This document shows, piece after piece, positions 41,454 through 52,399 of a stretch of 64,000 bases of DNA (position 1 is its first letter; the number at the start of each line of letters is the position of its first letter). Below the pieces are notes generated by a model. It was not told the origin of the DNA, did no database searches, and saw only the letters and a list, made by a program, of their open reading frames with translations. Source of the stretch: Terriglobia bacterium (lineage in GTDB: Bacteria > Acidobacteriota > Terriglobia > 2-12-FULL-54-10). The position numbers and the translations under genes are program-made. Where the stretch lies: contig CAXVYR010000004.1 in the NCBI GenBank assembly GCA_963666975.2, positions 640,001 through 704,000 of the forward strand, read 5' to 3'.

Positions 41454-42902
41454 GAAGGTGTCCCAAACTCAGTTGCAGGTTGGGACGGCGGGTTGAGTTC
41501 ATATTACGCCACTTCCTCCTTGTGAGAGGAAGCAGCGTTTGGACTTCGGCCGAGAATCGATGCCAAAGCCCAGAGATCGTGATAACCCATGATCTTCCGG
41601 AAATTCTTCTCGGTCAGCAGAAACGCTCCTGCCACCCAGCGCAACGTCATCTCGCCGTCGCGCCAGCGGCAAACATTGCCAGTCTTTTTCCGCACGCCCG
41701 ACTGCGGGCTCTCGATGAGGTTCGTGGTTGCCAGGCAGCGGTGGAGGCTGGGAGGAACGTCGGCTCGATTGATCGTAAAGGTCTCCTCCAACCCTTCGCG
41801 CAAGCTGGCGGCTGCTGCCGGATGATCGCACTCGATCATCCCAGCGAGCTTTTTTATGCGCACGATGCCTTCCTCGGCTTGGGGCAATCGCCAGGCGGCG
41901 CGCATCAGCGACCGCACCTGATTCGCCAGCATTTTGTCGCCCTTTGGTAACCGCTCAGCCACGTTGCGCAGCTTATGAGTACGGCAACGCTGCACCAGCT
42001 GATTGCTGCCGAATACTTCCTCGATCCCCGCGCGGAGCGCTTTGGCGCCGTCGATCACAAACAGATAGCGCTGATCCGTGCGCAAACCTTGCTGGCGCAG
42101 GCGGGTGAGAAGGTCTTTCACCGCAGCGGCGTTTTCGGTCGCGCCCAGTTGAATCCCCAGCACATGCTTGCGGCCCTCGCTGTCCACGCCCACGGCGCTG
42201 ATGACGTGGTGGGAGCCGAACCGCATTCCGTCCAGGTAAATCACCAGAATCTCGACCTCCTCCCAGCGCCGCGCCAACAGTTCTTCCAGCCGCCGCGCTC
42301 CTTGCTCGGCCGCTTCCCGGCTCACCTGAGACTTCGACACCCCAGCGCTGTTGGCCATCTCCGGGATCACCTCGCGGTAGTTCCGCGTCGAAACCCCTTT
42401 CAACAGTGCCTCGAACATCTCCTCGCCCGTCTTCTCGCTTTTCCGCAGCGCTTCGTAGGCCGGCACCGCTTCTTCCCCTCCGCCCTTCCGGCGCAGCCGG
42501 GGCCGCTCCACCCGCAGCTGGCGATCGGCCAGTTTCACCCTCCCCAATTGCCGGCCATGCCAGCGCACCTCTCCGCTCGCCTTCCCGGGACTCTTTGGCC
42601 CCGCGATTTGCTCTGCGCTCATGCTCAGAATCGTTTCAATCAAACCTCGCCCGGCCCGATCAATCACCTCATCCACCGCCAGACGCGCCTCCGTGATCAG
42701 ATCCACCACCGGCAACAGCATCTGTCCGTTGGTTTGGCAAAACTTCTGGATGGTTTCTTCGGCTCCCTTGGAACCCAGTTCCAAAACGTGATATTTTCCC
42801 TTCATTCGGCGGTTCTCCTTCTATAGGATTTAGGCTTGGCCCGATTCTATTCGATTCGGGCCGAACCGCCGTTCAACCTTCAACTATGTATGGGACACCC
42901 TC
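41454..42902 (-). mobile_element. IS256-family element, copy 2 (1449 bp)
   Basis: Same ends as copy 1; 8-bp target duplication gaggtgga (41446-41453, 42903-42910). Confidence 0.95.
41504..42805 (-). CDS. IS256-family transposase
   Basis: Protein identical to 18865-20166. Confidence 0.95.
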   Translation of the reverse strand: MKGKYHVLELGSKGAEETIQKFCQTNGQMLLPVVDLITEARLAVDEVIDRAGRGLIETILSMSAEQIAGPKSPGKASGEVRWHGRQLGRVKLADRQLRVERPRLRRKGGGEEAVPAYEALRKSEKTGEEMFEALLKGVSTRNYREVIPEMANSAGVSKSQVSREAAEQGARRLEELLARRWEEVEILVIYLDGMRFGSHHVISAVGVDSEGRKHVLGIQLGATENAAAVKDLLTRLRQQGLRTDQRYLFVIDGAKALRAGIEEVFGSNQLVQRCRTHKLRNVAERLPKGDKMLANQVRSLMRAAWRLPQAEEGIVRIKKLAGMIECDHPAAAASLREGLEETFTINRADVPPSLHRCLATTNLIESPQSGVRKKTGNVCRWRDGEMTLRWVAGAFLLTEKNFRKIMGYHDLWALASILGRSPNAASSHKEEVA

Positions 42903-45900
42903 GAGGTGGACGAACCAATCCACTCCATCAAAAGTCACCCGCCCCGAGGCAAAGTTGGTCGGACTGGCAGCAAGGTTGGAGACAAACACGTTCTGAGAGC
43001 CGGGCGAAGTCTCACCGGCCTCGGCGGTGAAGATCACTCCGGTCGGGCGCACGATCGGTCCAGGGTTGCTGCCTGCGGGCAGAACGTTCAGGACGATAGA
43101 AACAACCTGGGGGGAGTTGTCGGCCGTGGGCGAGGATACCTGCACCTGACCGTAGTATTCTCCTGCCGCCAGTCCCTCTGGACGGATGCTGGCTTCCAGC
43201 TGTGGAATATTCGAGGAGGCTGCGTCGGTGGAGTCGTTGGTGGGGCTCACCGTCAGCCAGCTTGGACCGCCTGAGAGCGTCGAGGTGCTCACCGACCATT
43301 CCATCACACCCTGTCCGGAGTTCAACACCTCAAAGGTCTGCGGCGGCACCCGACCTCCGTTGGCCACCGCCGTAAAGGTCAAACCGGTCTGGGAGAGCAG
43401 GATGGAGGACTGCTCAATCGCGCTTATGGTGATTGTGACAGGCACATCAATGCTCTGGTTGGTGGTGGAACTGAAAACCGTGATGCGCCCAGTGTATGTG
43501 CCGACATCCAATCCACTGGGGTCAATCGTCACGGGCACAAAGACAGGGTCCGCCAGCGTGGCAGTGCCGCTCTCGGTTTCGACCGTCAGCCAGGGGCCGC
43601 CGGAGGCGGTGGTGGCCGTGACCTGAAAGTCTAACGAGCCGCCCCCCTGATTAAGAACCTTGATCTGCCTTCTCCTTGCCTCGTCGCCCTGCACAAACGA
43701 GAGGGTTCTGCTCCTGGGTCTCACCGCCAGGTTGGGTTCCGCTGCCGTCTCCACGTTGAACGTCACCATGACCATCCGCATCGCTGGATCTGCATTCAGT
43801 GCCGTAATGTTCACAGTTCCTGAATAGGTGCCGGGAGTGAGCTGTGCGGGGTCCGCAGTAATCTCCACTGTGGTCGGCATCGATCCGTTCAAGGGAGTTG
43901 CCTCCAGCCACGCACTGCCGCTGGAAGTACTTAAGCTTACGGAGAACGGAATGCCGGGAACCAAGCTGGAGATGGTAACGTTCTGCGCCGCAGAGGGCAG
44001 CCCGCCTGCCTGAGCGGAGAAGCTCAAAGCTTCCGGCAAAACGAAGAAGGAAGGCGCGGCCGCCAGTATCACCCGGATACGATTGTTCAATGTATCGGCA
44101 AAGTAAAGGTTGCCGACCGTATCGACCGCCACCCCGCGGGGTAGATTTAGGGAAGCGCTGGTGGCCAGCCCGCCATCGCCGGAAAAGCCCAAGTCTCCAT
44201 TGCCGGCCACGGTGGTCATGATCCCGTCGGCGCTGACCTTGCGGATGCGGTTGTTCTGCGTGTCGGCGATGTAGAGGTTGCCGGCCGCATCCACCGTCAC
44301 ACTTTGGGGTAGATTCAGGAGGGCGCTGGTGGCGGGACCTTCATCGCCGGAAAAGCCCGCTTCCCCGGTGCCGGCCACAGTGGTGATAATTCCGCCGGGG
44401 CTGACCTTGCGAATGCGGTGGTTATCCGTGTCGGCGATGTAGAGGTTGTCGGCCGCATCCACCGTTACACCGAGGGGTCGATTCAGGGAGGTGCTGGTGG
44501 CGGGGCCTCCATCGCCAGAAAAGCCCCGTTCTCCGTTCCCGGCCACGGTGGAAATAATCCCGCCAGGGCTGACCTTGCGGATGCGGTGGTTGAACCGGTC
44601 GGCGATGTAGAGGTTGTCGGTCGCATCTACTGCGATCCCAAAGGGCTGATTCAGGGAGGCGCTGATGGCAGGGCCTCCATCGCCAGAAAAGCCCCGTTCT
44701 CCGTTCCCGGCCACGGTGGAAATAATCCCGCCAGGGCTGACCTTGCGGATGCGCTGGTTGAGCCAGTCGGCGATGTAGAGGTTGCCGGCCGTATCGAACG
44801 CCACCCCGCGGGGTAGATTTAAGGAAGCGCTGGTGGCCAGACCGCCATCGCCGGAAAAACCTCGAATTTCATTACCAGCTACGGTCGAGATAACCCCACC
44901 AGGGCTGACCTTGCGGATGCGGCTGTTGGACAGGTCGGCGATGTAGAGGTTGCCGGCCGCATCCAAGGCCACACTGGTGGGATTATTCATTAATGCGCTA
45001 GTGGCCGGCCCACCGTCGCCTGCGAATTTGAATATTCCGTTGCCAGCCACCGTGCTAATAATCCCGTCGGCACTGACCTTGCGGACGAGGAAGTTCTCCG
45101 TGTCGGCAATGTAGAGTTTGCCGGTCACATCCACCGCCACATCGCGGGGAAAATTCAATTTGGCGTCGGTAGCCGGCCCGCCATCGCCGGAAAAGCCTGC
45201 TTCCTCGGTCCCTGCCACAGTAGTGATAATTCCGGCGGTATCAACCTTGCGGATGCGGTGGTTATCCTTGTCAGCGATGTAGAGGTTGCCGGCCGCATCC
45301 ACCGTGATGTCAAAAGGTAGATTCAGTGAGGCGCTGGTGGCAGGGCCTTCATCGCCAGAGAAGCTTGCTTCCCCGGTGCCTGCCACGGTGGTGATGATCC
45401 CATCAGGGCTAACCTTGCGGATGCGGTGGTTGAACAGGTCGGCGATGTAGAGGTTGCCGGTCGCATCCACCGCGATCCCAAAGAGCTGATTCAGGGAGGC
45501 GCTGATGGCAGGGCCTTCATCGCCAGAGAAGCTCGCTTCCCCGGTGCCTGCCACGGTGGTGATGATCCCATCGGGGCTAACCTTGCGGATGCGGTGGTTG
45601 AACCGGTCGGCGATGTAGAGGTTGCCGGTCGCATCCACCGCGATCCCAAAGGGTTGATTCAGTGAGGCGCTGGTGGCAGGGCCTTCATCGCCAGAGAAGC
45701 TTGCTTCCCCGGTGCCTGCCACGGTGGTGATGATCCCATCGGGGCTAACCTTGCGGATGCGGTGGTTGAACCGGTCGGCGATGTAGAGGTTGCCGGCTGC
45801 ATCGACCGTCACACTGTGGGGTTGATTCAGTGAAGCGGCGGTAGCCGGACCGCCATCACCGGAAAACCCACGGATACCGTTGCCCGCCACCACGGTGAGC

Positions 45901-46644
45901 ATCTCTGTGGGAGAGACCTTCATCACCATGTGGTTGCCGAAATCAGCGGCGAAAAGATTACCGGCCGCGTCTACTACAACTCCGGAAACCAACCCCAGCG
46001 GGGCATCAGTCGCTGGCCCTCCGTCGCCCTGAAAGGTCCGATCCGTGCCAGCCACCGTCGTGATGATGCTTTGTGGAGTGATGCCCTGCGCCAAGGAAGG
46101 AGGAGTTGCGAGGAAAAAGTGAAGAATGACCACAAGTCCCAGGACACTCAGCCGACGCAGGATGTGGTTGCACAAATCCAAATTCCTTGGACCTACGCCA
46201 CACGGGTTGGCAAGAGCCTGGGCACCTGGGGATATGGGCACGGATTACTCCCGCATAATTGAAAATATTGGTCAAAGATTACACGAGGGGAGAGGGGAAA
46301 GCAATTGGGAACAGAAGACTTCCTCGGCTTACAGCCGGGCTCCGAGTGCAGTCGAGGCGGACAATTCCCAGATTACTCCTCAGTAGTCGCCTTATGTTTA
46401 CCCACAATTCCGCAGGTTAATCTGAAGTTCTGCCCGCGTGACGGCGCACTCGGAAACAATTCGCTTTGGCAAATCACGCGTTAACGGTCGAGCGGCTCTG
46501 GTCCGACAGATCGCAAGTAAACGCCGTAGGCTTTATCCATTCAATCCCGCCGACCACCTGCACAGAATGCAGTGGGTCTCCCCTTACGATTGCCCCTCTT
46601 GAAAGACTTCCCGTGGCGATCCACTGAGAAAATGTAGTAAAGAT

Positions 46645-46682
46645 TGTAGAAAGTCTACAGTAAATTAGGTAGAATGTCTATT
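46645..46682. promoter_or_regulatory. Pair of palindromic operator-like sites
   Basis: TGTAGA-aag-TCTACA (46645-46659) and gGTAGA-atg-TCTAtt (46668-46682) in an AT-rich divergent intergenic region. Confidence 0.4.
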
Positions 46683-47162
46683 TAAGTGGTCTGTAATGAG
46701 AGGCTTGCAAGGTAGATCGCGGTTGCCCAAGGCGATTGCCGCGCCTTTTCGCCAATGCCCTATTTTTAGATGCTTACGGTTCAATGAGTTGGGACCGACC
46801 TATTGAAACTTGTGGAACCGCGGTGAGCCTGAGTGCTGTGGCAGCTACAATATTATCTACATCCATTGGGGTGGAACTGGAGTGCCCCCCTTGCCTTAGG
46901 CAAACTGCCATTGCTACACTTACCGACTTCTGCGGCTGGTTCGACTACCGACATCTTTTGATGGTCATCTATCTTGGCGATGAACCGCTGAGCCCCGGGT
47001 CGGATTTCGGATTGGAGATAACTCTATGCCTAATACAGGTTCAATTGACCACACGATCTAATTTTTGGCGAACGACAGGCCGCAACGCGTCATTTTCGCG
47101 ATCGTGTCGGACTTTCCATATCGAGATTGACTTAAGTCTTCTTTTCCTGTGAGATCACACTC

Positions 47163-47843
47163 GTGAAACCTTTGGAGTTACTCGGTCAAACACTCACGCC
47201 CGACGGTACCGACATGAAGCTGACCCGTCGCGCGAGCGAGTACGTCATTCTCGCCAATGGCAAAAGCCTCATGTCGAGCCGCATGCACGGCTCGGAGGAG
47301 GCGCTGGCCACGCTCGCCTGCCGACGGGTGCGGACGCTGGAGCAGCCCTGCGTGCTCGTCGGCGGCCTCGGAATGGGCTTCACGCTCCGCGCGACGCTCG
47401 ATTTCCTCCCACCGGACGCGATGGTTGTCGTCGCAGAGCTGGTGCCGGCAATAGTGGAGTGGAACCGTGGCCCGCTCGGGCCGTTGGCGGGACACCCGCT
47501 GAAGGATAAGCGCGTACGGGTCGACGTGGGAGACGTCGCAGTCACGCTCAATTCGGGCCCTGGCCAGTTCGATGCCGTGCTACTCGACGTGGACAACGGC
47601 CCGGCCGCGTTTACCGCGTCGGACAACGCCGGGCTCTACGATGACCGGGGATTAGCCGTTACTCGCGCGGCTCTCAAGATGGGCGGGGTGCTGGCCGTCT
47701 GGTCTGCCCGGGATGATCGCAAATTCGAGCAGCGCCTGCGCTATGGCGGGTTCGCCGTCGAGGTGGAGCGCGTGCGCGGTCGCCTGAAGAAGGGCGGCCC
47801 TCGCCACATTATCTTTCTGGGTCACAAACCTCCATCGACTTGA
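47163..47843 (+). CDS. Spermidine synthase-like SAM-dependent methyltransferase-fold protein
   Basis: 'LMSSRMHGSEEALA', 'VLVGGLGMGFTL', 'LLDVDNGP', 'GGVLAVWS'. Confidence 0.88.
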   Translation: MKPLELLGQTLTPDGTDMKLTRRASEYVILANGKSLMSSRMHGSEEALATLACRRVRTLEQPCVLVGGLGMGFTLRATLDFLPPDAMVVVAELVPAIVEWNRGPLGPLAGHPLKDKRVRVDVGDVAVTLNSGPGQFDAVLLDVDNGPAAFTASDNAGLYDDRGLAVTRAALKMGGVLAVWSARDDRKFEQRLRYGGFAVEVERVRGRLKKGGPRHIIFLGHKPPST

Positions 47844-47869
47844 GAGCACCCCCAAAGAGGCCATCGTGA

Positions 47870-48156
47870 CTAGAGCAAATTCATAGTTGCTGTATAGCTT
47901 TCCAGAACGCTCGTGAAGCCCCTGAGGGGCGTAAGAGTTTAGCCCACGGCGCCAGCCGTGGGTGGGAAAGGCTACGCCGGATCAGCCCCGGAAGGGGCAC
48001 CGAAAGGAGCGAAAGACGAGGGCCGGAGCGTCTTGCGCCCCTCTGGGGCTTGGGGTAACACCGGTCCCCATTGTCCCAGGGCTTACGCCCTGGGCTAGAT
48101 TCTGCCGCCCTTGCAGGGCTGTGAAGCACTCTACACCAACTCTGAAACAGGCCTAG
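47870..48156. mobile_element. CTAG-bounded MITE-like element enclosing REP-like palindromes
   Basis: ctag at both ends; imperfect inverted repeat (18/25); inner hairpins cccacggc-gcca-gccgtggg and cccagggc-ttac-gccctggg; directly followed by gattgcggaagcacc (48156-48170). Confidence 0.6.
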
Positions 48157-48222
48157 ATTGCGGAAGCACCGAAGCCTGCAAACTCTAATCCTCTACATAG
48201 ACATTCCAAGTGATGCAAGATT

Positions 48223-48777
48223 TTATTGGATCACACCGCAGGCGACGCGGGCACCTGCATCGCCCGAGGGCTGGCTTTGAACATCGTCTTCCCCAGCGTG
48301 GACCACGACCGCCTTGCCGCGAATCGAGTTCGATCCTTCCAGGCTAAGAAATTCAAAATGCAAGTCCGCCATGACTTGACCCTCGGCATTGGCTTCCACG
48401 TTTCCCAGATCACCGATGTGGTGTTCGGCAGCATCCGGCGCGCCATGAGGTTTGTCATCGGGGTTAAAATGCCCCCCCGCGCTGCTTGCGTCAGGGGCAC
48501 TGCAATCACCTGTTGCGTGAATGTGGAACCCATGCCTGCCAGGAGTCAGTTCCGTTAAGTTGATTTCAACGTGGGTTTCTCCACTGACTTCCTCAAAATG
48601 TACCGTGCCTTCTACGGTATTGCCTTCGGTAGGTTGCAGGCTCGCCTCAGCGGTTCTCGCCATCGGTTGGGCCGGCGCTTCCGCTTGCTCGGCTGGCTGC
48701 TCTGTTGGCCCACATCCCATGAAGAAAACGATGGGCAACAATAAAAAGAACACCATCCAGCTTCTGTAGTTCAACAT
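48223..48777 (-). CDS. sodC: Cu/Zn superoxide dismutase (lipoprotein)
   Basis: Lipobox FFMGC; HGFHIH, GGHFNP, HIGDLGN, VVHAGEDD, GARVACGVI. Confidence 0.95.
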   Translation of the reverse strand: MLNYRSWMVFFLLLPIVFFMGCGPTEQPAEQAEAPAQPMARTAEASLQPTEGNTVEGTVHFEEVSGETHVEINLTELTPGRHGFHIHATGDCSAPDASSAGGHFNPDDKPHGAPDAAEHHIGDLGNVEANAEGQVMADLHFEFLSLEGSNSIRGKAVVVHAGEDDVQSQPSGDAGARVACGVIQ

Positions 48778-48844
48778 CCTATCCTCCTCAACAAAGGTTT
48801 CGGGGCTCTACCCGGAATTTCCGATTTGAGCCCCCGGAGTCAAA

Positions 48845-48873
48845 ATATTACGCCAGCCGCATTATCGAGTCAA
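48845..48873 (-). promoter_or_regulatory. Putative sigma70 promoter of sodC
   Basis: Minus strand TTGACT, 17-bp spacer, TAATAT. Confidence 0.45.
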
Positions 48874-49045
48874 TGGTTGCTATAGGAGCGGTCCGGAATT
48901 ATTCTTGTAGCGATTCCCTGAGCGGTGTAGCCGCCAACCGGACAGGGCCCCGACTTTCGCCCCGCAAAGGCTAGGCGGCTGAACTATTCTAGCTCAAACT
49001 GCTATCGACCTTTTAGCTCAACAGCCTATGCCAGCATCCTTGCCT

Positions 49046-49930
49046 TCAACTCGGATTTGTTTTGCTTCCTAGGGAAGCCCTAAAAGGGATGCCGGATTCC
49101 TTATTAACCATCCGGTCAATATCCGCTTCCGTGAACCCTTGTTCTCGGAGAGCCAGGAAAAAGAACACCAGCCCGTCCGGATGCAGCGGATTGCCGGCTT
49201 GGCCCAGGTCGCTGGACAAAATGCAATGCTCCGTTCCGATTGCGCGGATTGCAGTGGCATACTCCTGAATATCATGTTCTCGGAGCAATGCGTTATATAC
49301 GAACTCCACATACGCTCCCAGGTTTGCCGCCTCCTGCATTTGCGGTACACTCATATTAAGCGTCATGGCGTGGGTCACGACGATCCGCTCGATCCCCAGA
49401 TTACGGGCTTCCCGAATCAACAGCAGGCTTTCTTCCGGCGCGGAATGGCCTGTGGCAAGCGTCAGCTTGTGCTGAGCAATAATTTCCAGCACCGCTTTCA
49501 CCTCCGGTCTTAACTGGCCACCGCGGGAGACGGAGACAAAGGGGCGGTTTTCCAGGGAACGGCGCACTTGGTTTTCTGCGTTAACGGTCGGCATCCAGAC
49601 AACCCGACCCCATCCTCCTTTGACAATGGTCATTTGTTCGACAGCAGCCGGATTCACGCCTCCGACTGCGCGATTGAGCACAATCCCGCCGAATACCTCA
49701 ATGCCTGGCACTACCTTCCGGACCAGATAGGCCAGCGCAGTCGTGGGTTCGTAATGGTTCTTGAAAACCAGACCACGGATCCCCCGTTCCCGTGCCAGTT
49801 TTGCAAGGTCAATTGGGTCAATGGAGCGGGCCCTGCTGTCGGGATCGGCATGGACATGGATGTCCACAACGCCCGAAACAGTTTGCGCGCTAAGCGCCAA
49901 GGGGAAAAACAAAATTGCCAAATACCGCAT
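49046..49930 (-). CDS. Secreted DUF6282-type metal-dependent hydrolase (amidohydrolase fold); last residues frameshifted
   Basis: DIHVH, FKNH, 'VVWMPT', ATGH, VTHA, SSDLGQ; the expected tail 'NPASLLGLP' is in another frame (stop 49069). Confidence 0.82.
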   Translation of the reverse strand: MRYLAILFFPLALSAQTVSGVVDIHVHADPDSRARSIDPIDLAKLARERGIRGLVFKNHYEPTTALAYLVRKVVPGIEVFGGIVLNRAVGGVNPAAVEQMTIVKGGWGRVVWMPTVNAENQVRRSLENRPFVSVSRGGQLRPEVKAVLEIIAQHKLTLATGHSAPEESLLLIREARNLGIERIVVTHAMTLNMSVPQMQEAANLGAYVEFVYNALLREHDIQEYATAIRAIGTEHCILSSDLGQAGNPLHPDGLVFFFLALREQGFTEADIDRMVNKESGIPFRASLGSKTNPS

Positions 49931-50001
49931 GCTTTTGGGCGAATGCAGAGTTGAACTCAAAAATTCCGATCCATAAACCACTCCGCCAACTCCAGTGTGA
50001 A

Positions 50002-50230
50002 CCGAAATTAGTTTTTGATCCTCCGGCAGTTGCGATTATACAGCATTTGCCTCTAACTGAGCCCTTCCAGCGTAGTATTTGCTGCCAGTGGCTCCGAGCG
50101 GTTCTCTCAGCTCCCAGGACCCATCCCCTCGGCTGTTTTCTGCTAAAATCGCGCGGCCAAAATCGTCGACCGCGCAGTTCCTGGATGCGGGGACTTCCTG
50201 CACTGGGTTACGTGTTTGTAGTGACTGTAG
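50002..50230 (-). repeat. Dispersed non-coding element, long copy B
   Basis: Colinear with 30815-31060; contains TATAAT on the minus strand. Confidence 0.75.
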
Positions 50231-50275
50231 CGAGGTTATGAGGAGGGAGTGGATCACGTCCGTCGCCGGGGAATT

Positions 50276-51016
50276 CTATTCCCGGAAATGGAACTGCATC
50301 GTGATCCCCCTGATCTTGATCACATCCCCTACCCGCAATTCCCTGGCTGTGGTGAGCGGCTCTGAATTGATCTTGGTGGCGCCGACTTTATCTGACGGAG
50401 CAATGGTGTACTGGCCTTCCTTGCGATTGATCACGGCAGCGACCTTGGGAACAAACCAGCCGCGCAGCTTCACCGAAGCCATCGTGTCTTTGCCGATCAC
50501 GCTCAGTTTGCTGGTGAGGATGTATTCGCGCTGGTCGGTTTTCCCGCTGAGCACCGTGAGGCAACCGACCATTACCTGGGATTCCGGCGAGACTCCTTCC
50601 TGTGCGATGGCGGTGGATTGGGCCAGCAACTCCCGCCGACTCTTTGTATCAAGCACAAACGTCTCATCCATTTTCTCCATCGGCGAGCTTATGACGGTTT
50701 CCACCTCAACGGGCTGTGTCGGCACCTCGCCTTCATCCTGAAAGATCAACGTGTGTTTCCCGATCACAATTACGTCGCCATTCTTCAGCGGGCTCCTGCG
50801 GATTCGCTGGTCGTTCAGGAAAGTGCCGTTCATGCTGCTTAAGTCTTCCACCGCGTAACACCCCTGCTCCAATATGACCCTGGCATGGCGCCCGGACACA
50901 GCAAGGTTATCGATGACCACGTCGTTGCCGATAGTGCGTCCGATGCGAATAGCAGTCTTCTGGAGAGGAATTTCTTTCAGAACTGAGGCCTCATACTTTA
51001 GGATCAATTTGGCCAT
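50276..51016 (-). CDS. FHA-domain protein (N-terminal FHA plus a C-terminal FHA-like domain)
   Basis: 'IGR...NDVVIDNLAVSGRHA', 'DLSSMNGTFLN'; GGAGG RBS. Confidence 0.9.
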   Translation of the reverse strand: MAKLILKYEASVLKEIPLQKTAIRIGRTIGNDVVIDNLAVSGRHARVILEQGCYAVEDLSSMNGTFLNDQRIRRSPLKNGDVIVIGKHTLIFQDEGEVPTQPVEVETVISSPMEKMDETFVLDTKSRRELLAQSTAIAQEGVSPESQVMVGCLTVLSGKTDQREYILTSKLSVIGKDTMASVKLRGWFVPKVAAVINRKEGQYTIAPSDKVGATKINSEPLTTARELRVGDVIKIRGITMQFHFRE

Positions 51017-51310
51017 GCTTGATTTCCTCCAGACAGGAATCTTACCGCTGACCGGATCGAATTTTGGTGCCAACCGTAGAGAGTCTATATCAAAGCATGG
51101 GACTGTGAAACGGGTTTGGTGGGAGGAATGGCTACAGGCCAACGCCGAGTGTGGTCGAGGAGGCAATTCACAGATTAGCCCGCATAAGCCTGCGAAGAGG
51201 CGATCCTCGACCAGGATCGGAAAGAACGCCTAGCTAACGTGCGCGAAGTGCTCTTGGAAGATTCCCGGATCACTTGCCCTGTGAATCGAAACTTATACCA
51301 CCAGACCTTT

Positions 51311-51562
51311 TCACCTTCCTTTCTGCCGCTCATTCTTCTTGCTACCTGCTTTCGCAGCCTGTTGTTTTAACCGTGCCTGCCGTGCCCTTTGGTAGAGGGC
51401 AGATTGGCTGAGTTGGTCATCCGGCAGCCGTGGTCTGCCGCCTTTCCTTCCATTCTCACGGGCGATTTCCTGCAATCGTTCCAGTCCGAGCCGTTTCAGG
51501 CGTGCCGAATAGCTGCGCTTACCCAGCCAGCTAGTGAATTGTTGGATTTCTTTTTGGTTCAT
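51311..51562 (-). CDS. Small basic hypothetical protein, 83 aa
   Basis: 'EIARENGRKGGRPR' motif; R/K-rich. Confidence 0.6.
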   Translation of the reverse strand: MNQKEIQQFTSWLGKRSYSARLKRLGLERLQEIARENGRKGGRPRLPDDQLSQSALYQRARQARLKQQAAKAGSKKNERQKGR

Positions 51563-51929
51563 TCCATTATCCCAATTCGGTTTAGTTTAATTGTTAAGAG
51601 ATAATCCCTGCCCCCAATGGGCAATGAGTACCTGGTTAAAAAGTACTGCCTATTCATTGACCCAAATTTGGCCAGAATTCATAGTGTTTATTGTTAGGTG
51701 AAATCCAACTGTTCTGAGATTGAAACGAAAGGGGCATGTCCCATGAAAACGCTTCTACCCCGCGAGAGTCAAACGAGAAAAGAAAAGAATTCCCATTTGA
51801 TGCTGTTTTGCGCGCTCCTGTTGGCGAGGAAATCCAGAGCCACGTTGGAGGAAGCGATTGGGGTTGCTCCACTCGATGGAAATGCCAAGTGTTTAGCGGA
51901 ATCTCTCTTAACCTAAGGAGGCAGTTGTC

Positions 51930-52286
51930 ATGCTGGCAGGAACCCAACACCAGTTCGACTTTCCCAAGTTTGCCCTTACCCTCCCTGGTCTCCCGTCCCA
52001 CGATATGTTGAGGGTAGTGGAGGAGGAGATAAAAGACCTTTCCAACACTCCTCCGGATGACCCAGTGTGCCAATACAGGGAGGTTTATTACAGGAAAAGG
52101 TTAAATCGATTACTCAGCTTCCTGCAAACATTTGAACTCCCTGCGGATATTGCTCCTCGAGAACAGGAAGCCTACCAAGCCATCACAAGCAGCCTCGAGA
52201 CAGAAGGGTTGCAAGTCCGAAAGCCGTCAATTAGATTTAGCCAGGTTCCCTTGGGCACCTGTTTGGAAATGGTGCCGAGCGCCTGA
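51930..52286 (+). CDS. Hypothetical protein, 118 aa
   Basis: AAGGAGG RBS before the ATG; no motif recognised. Confidence 0.45.
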   Translation: MLAGTQHQFDFPKFALTLPGLPSHDMLRVVEEEIKDLSNTPPDDPVCQYREVYYRKRLNRLLSFLQTFELPADIAPREQEAYQAITSSLETEGLQVRKPSIRFSQVPLGTCLEMVPSA

Positions 52287-52399
52287 CTTCCTGCGGATAC
52301 AACAACCATAGAGCCCTGTTCGGTTCATTCAGAACCTAGCGGGGCTTTACTTTACCCTTAGACTCATTGTCCACTACTTCACCCTCTGGCAGGGCAGCA

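Larger units (their letters stand above)
40207..46241 (-). pseudogene. NHL-repeat/TIGR03437-type surface protein (12 NHL repeats), interrupted by IS256
   Basis: Paralogue of 33330-37562; excision restores '...DWFVHLPTNATVAPDRP...'. Confidence 0.9.

Noticed and set aside
44100-45900. Regular ~168-bp repeats resembling an array
   Set aside because: They are in-frame NHL coding repeats with no unique spacers and no cas genes; not CRISPR.
46736-47152. 138-aa ORF
   Set aside because: No RBS, no motif and atypical composition.
48920-48992. GC-rich stem upstream of sodC considered as a riboswitch
   Set aside because: No recognisable aptamer consensus; only a short inverted repeat, and it lies upstream of the predicted promoter.
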